Shown here: piece after piece, positions 63,600 through 64,000 of the stretch
Numbering within the stretch: the stretch's first letter is position 1
How the letters are laid out: the number at the start of each line of letters is the position of its first letter
Assembly (NCBI RefSeq): GCF_001194135.2
Contig: NC_068981.1
Coordinates: 104,599,087-104,663,086 of the forward strand
Source: Octopus bimaculoides
Lineage: Eukaryota
Reading direction: 5' to 3'
Length of the DNA stretch: 64,000 nucleotides
Position numbers and translations under genes: made by a program
The notes under the pieces: model-generated
What the model was told of the DNA's origin: nothing
What the model saw: only the letters and a program-made list of their open reading frames with translations
Databases searched by the model: none

Positions 63600-64000
63600 G
63601 AATATCTGATATGGTTTGAGATAGATTCAGCTGGTTTTCTTGAACATTTCCTTAGCTAGGATGAGTGTTGGGTGTGTCACTTTGAGCCAGAGACAAAGTG
63701 ACAATCCATGCAGTGGAAATACCCCTCTTCACCTGCTCCCAAAAAGGCTAAGATCATTTCATCTTCAGGGAAAGTGGTGGCCTCAGTTTTTTGGATGCTA
63801 AAGGCATTGTATTTATTGACTATCTTCAAAAGGACTGCACCATCAATGGAAAGTACTATGCAACTTGCTGAGGCAGTTATGAAAGCCTATCAGGACCAAA
63901 TGACTAGGAAAACTGACAAAAGTGGTCTTGTTTCATCACTCTATGCTCCAGCACACAAGTCATTGACTTCAATGGCTGCTCTGCATGACTGTGGCTTGAA
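63600..64000 (+). mobile_element. Mariner transposase remnant, runs off window
   Basis: DECWVCHFEPETK*QSMQWK...GKVVASVFWDAKGIVFIDYLQK with frameshifts. Confidence 0.85.

Overview
AT-rich, microsatellite-dense eukaryotic DNA. The SINE, RTE and mariner content suggests a cephalopod (octopus-type) genome, which is inference. The window lies inside one + strand gene, sorting nexin 13 (SNX13; PXA-RGS-PX-PXC). I located 17 internal coding exons with GT-AG boundaries from 4353 to 62991; the start and stop exons lie outside the window. Introns carry several tRNA-derived SINE families, RTE-type LINE fragments, R4/Dong-type fragments in (TAA)n tracts, two full-length decayed mariners with TIRs, a DD41D fragment, MITEs and tandem repeats. 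I see no convincing wholly novel autonomous system. The strongest open question is the 18-kb interval 27807-45744: flanking exon phases are incompatible (1 vs 0), so a hidden exon must exist. It contains a frame-restoring poly-Thr exon candidate and three microexon candidates (8, 9, 15 nt) that may form an alternative-splicing cassette in the RGS-PX linker. Homology calls are from recall; no searches were run. Repeat boundaries are approximate unless TIRs or TSDs are cited. Family labels A-D are my own.
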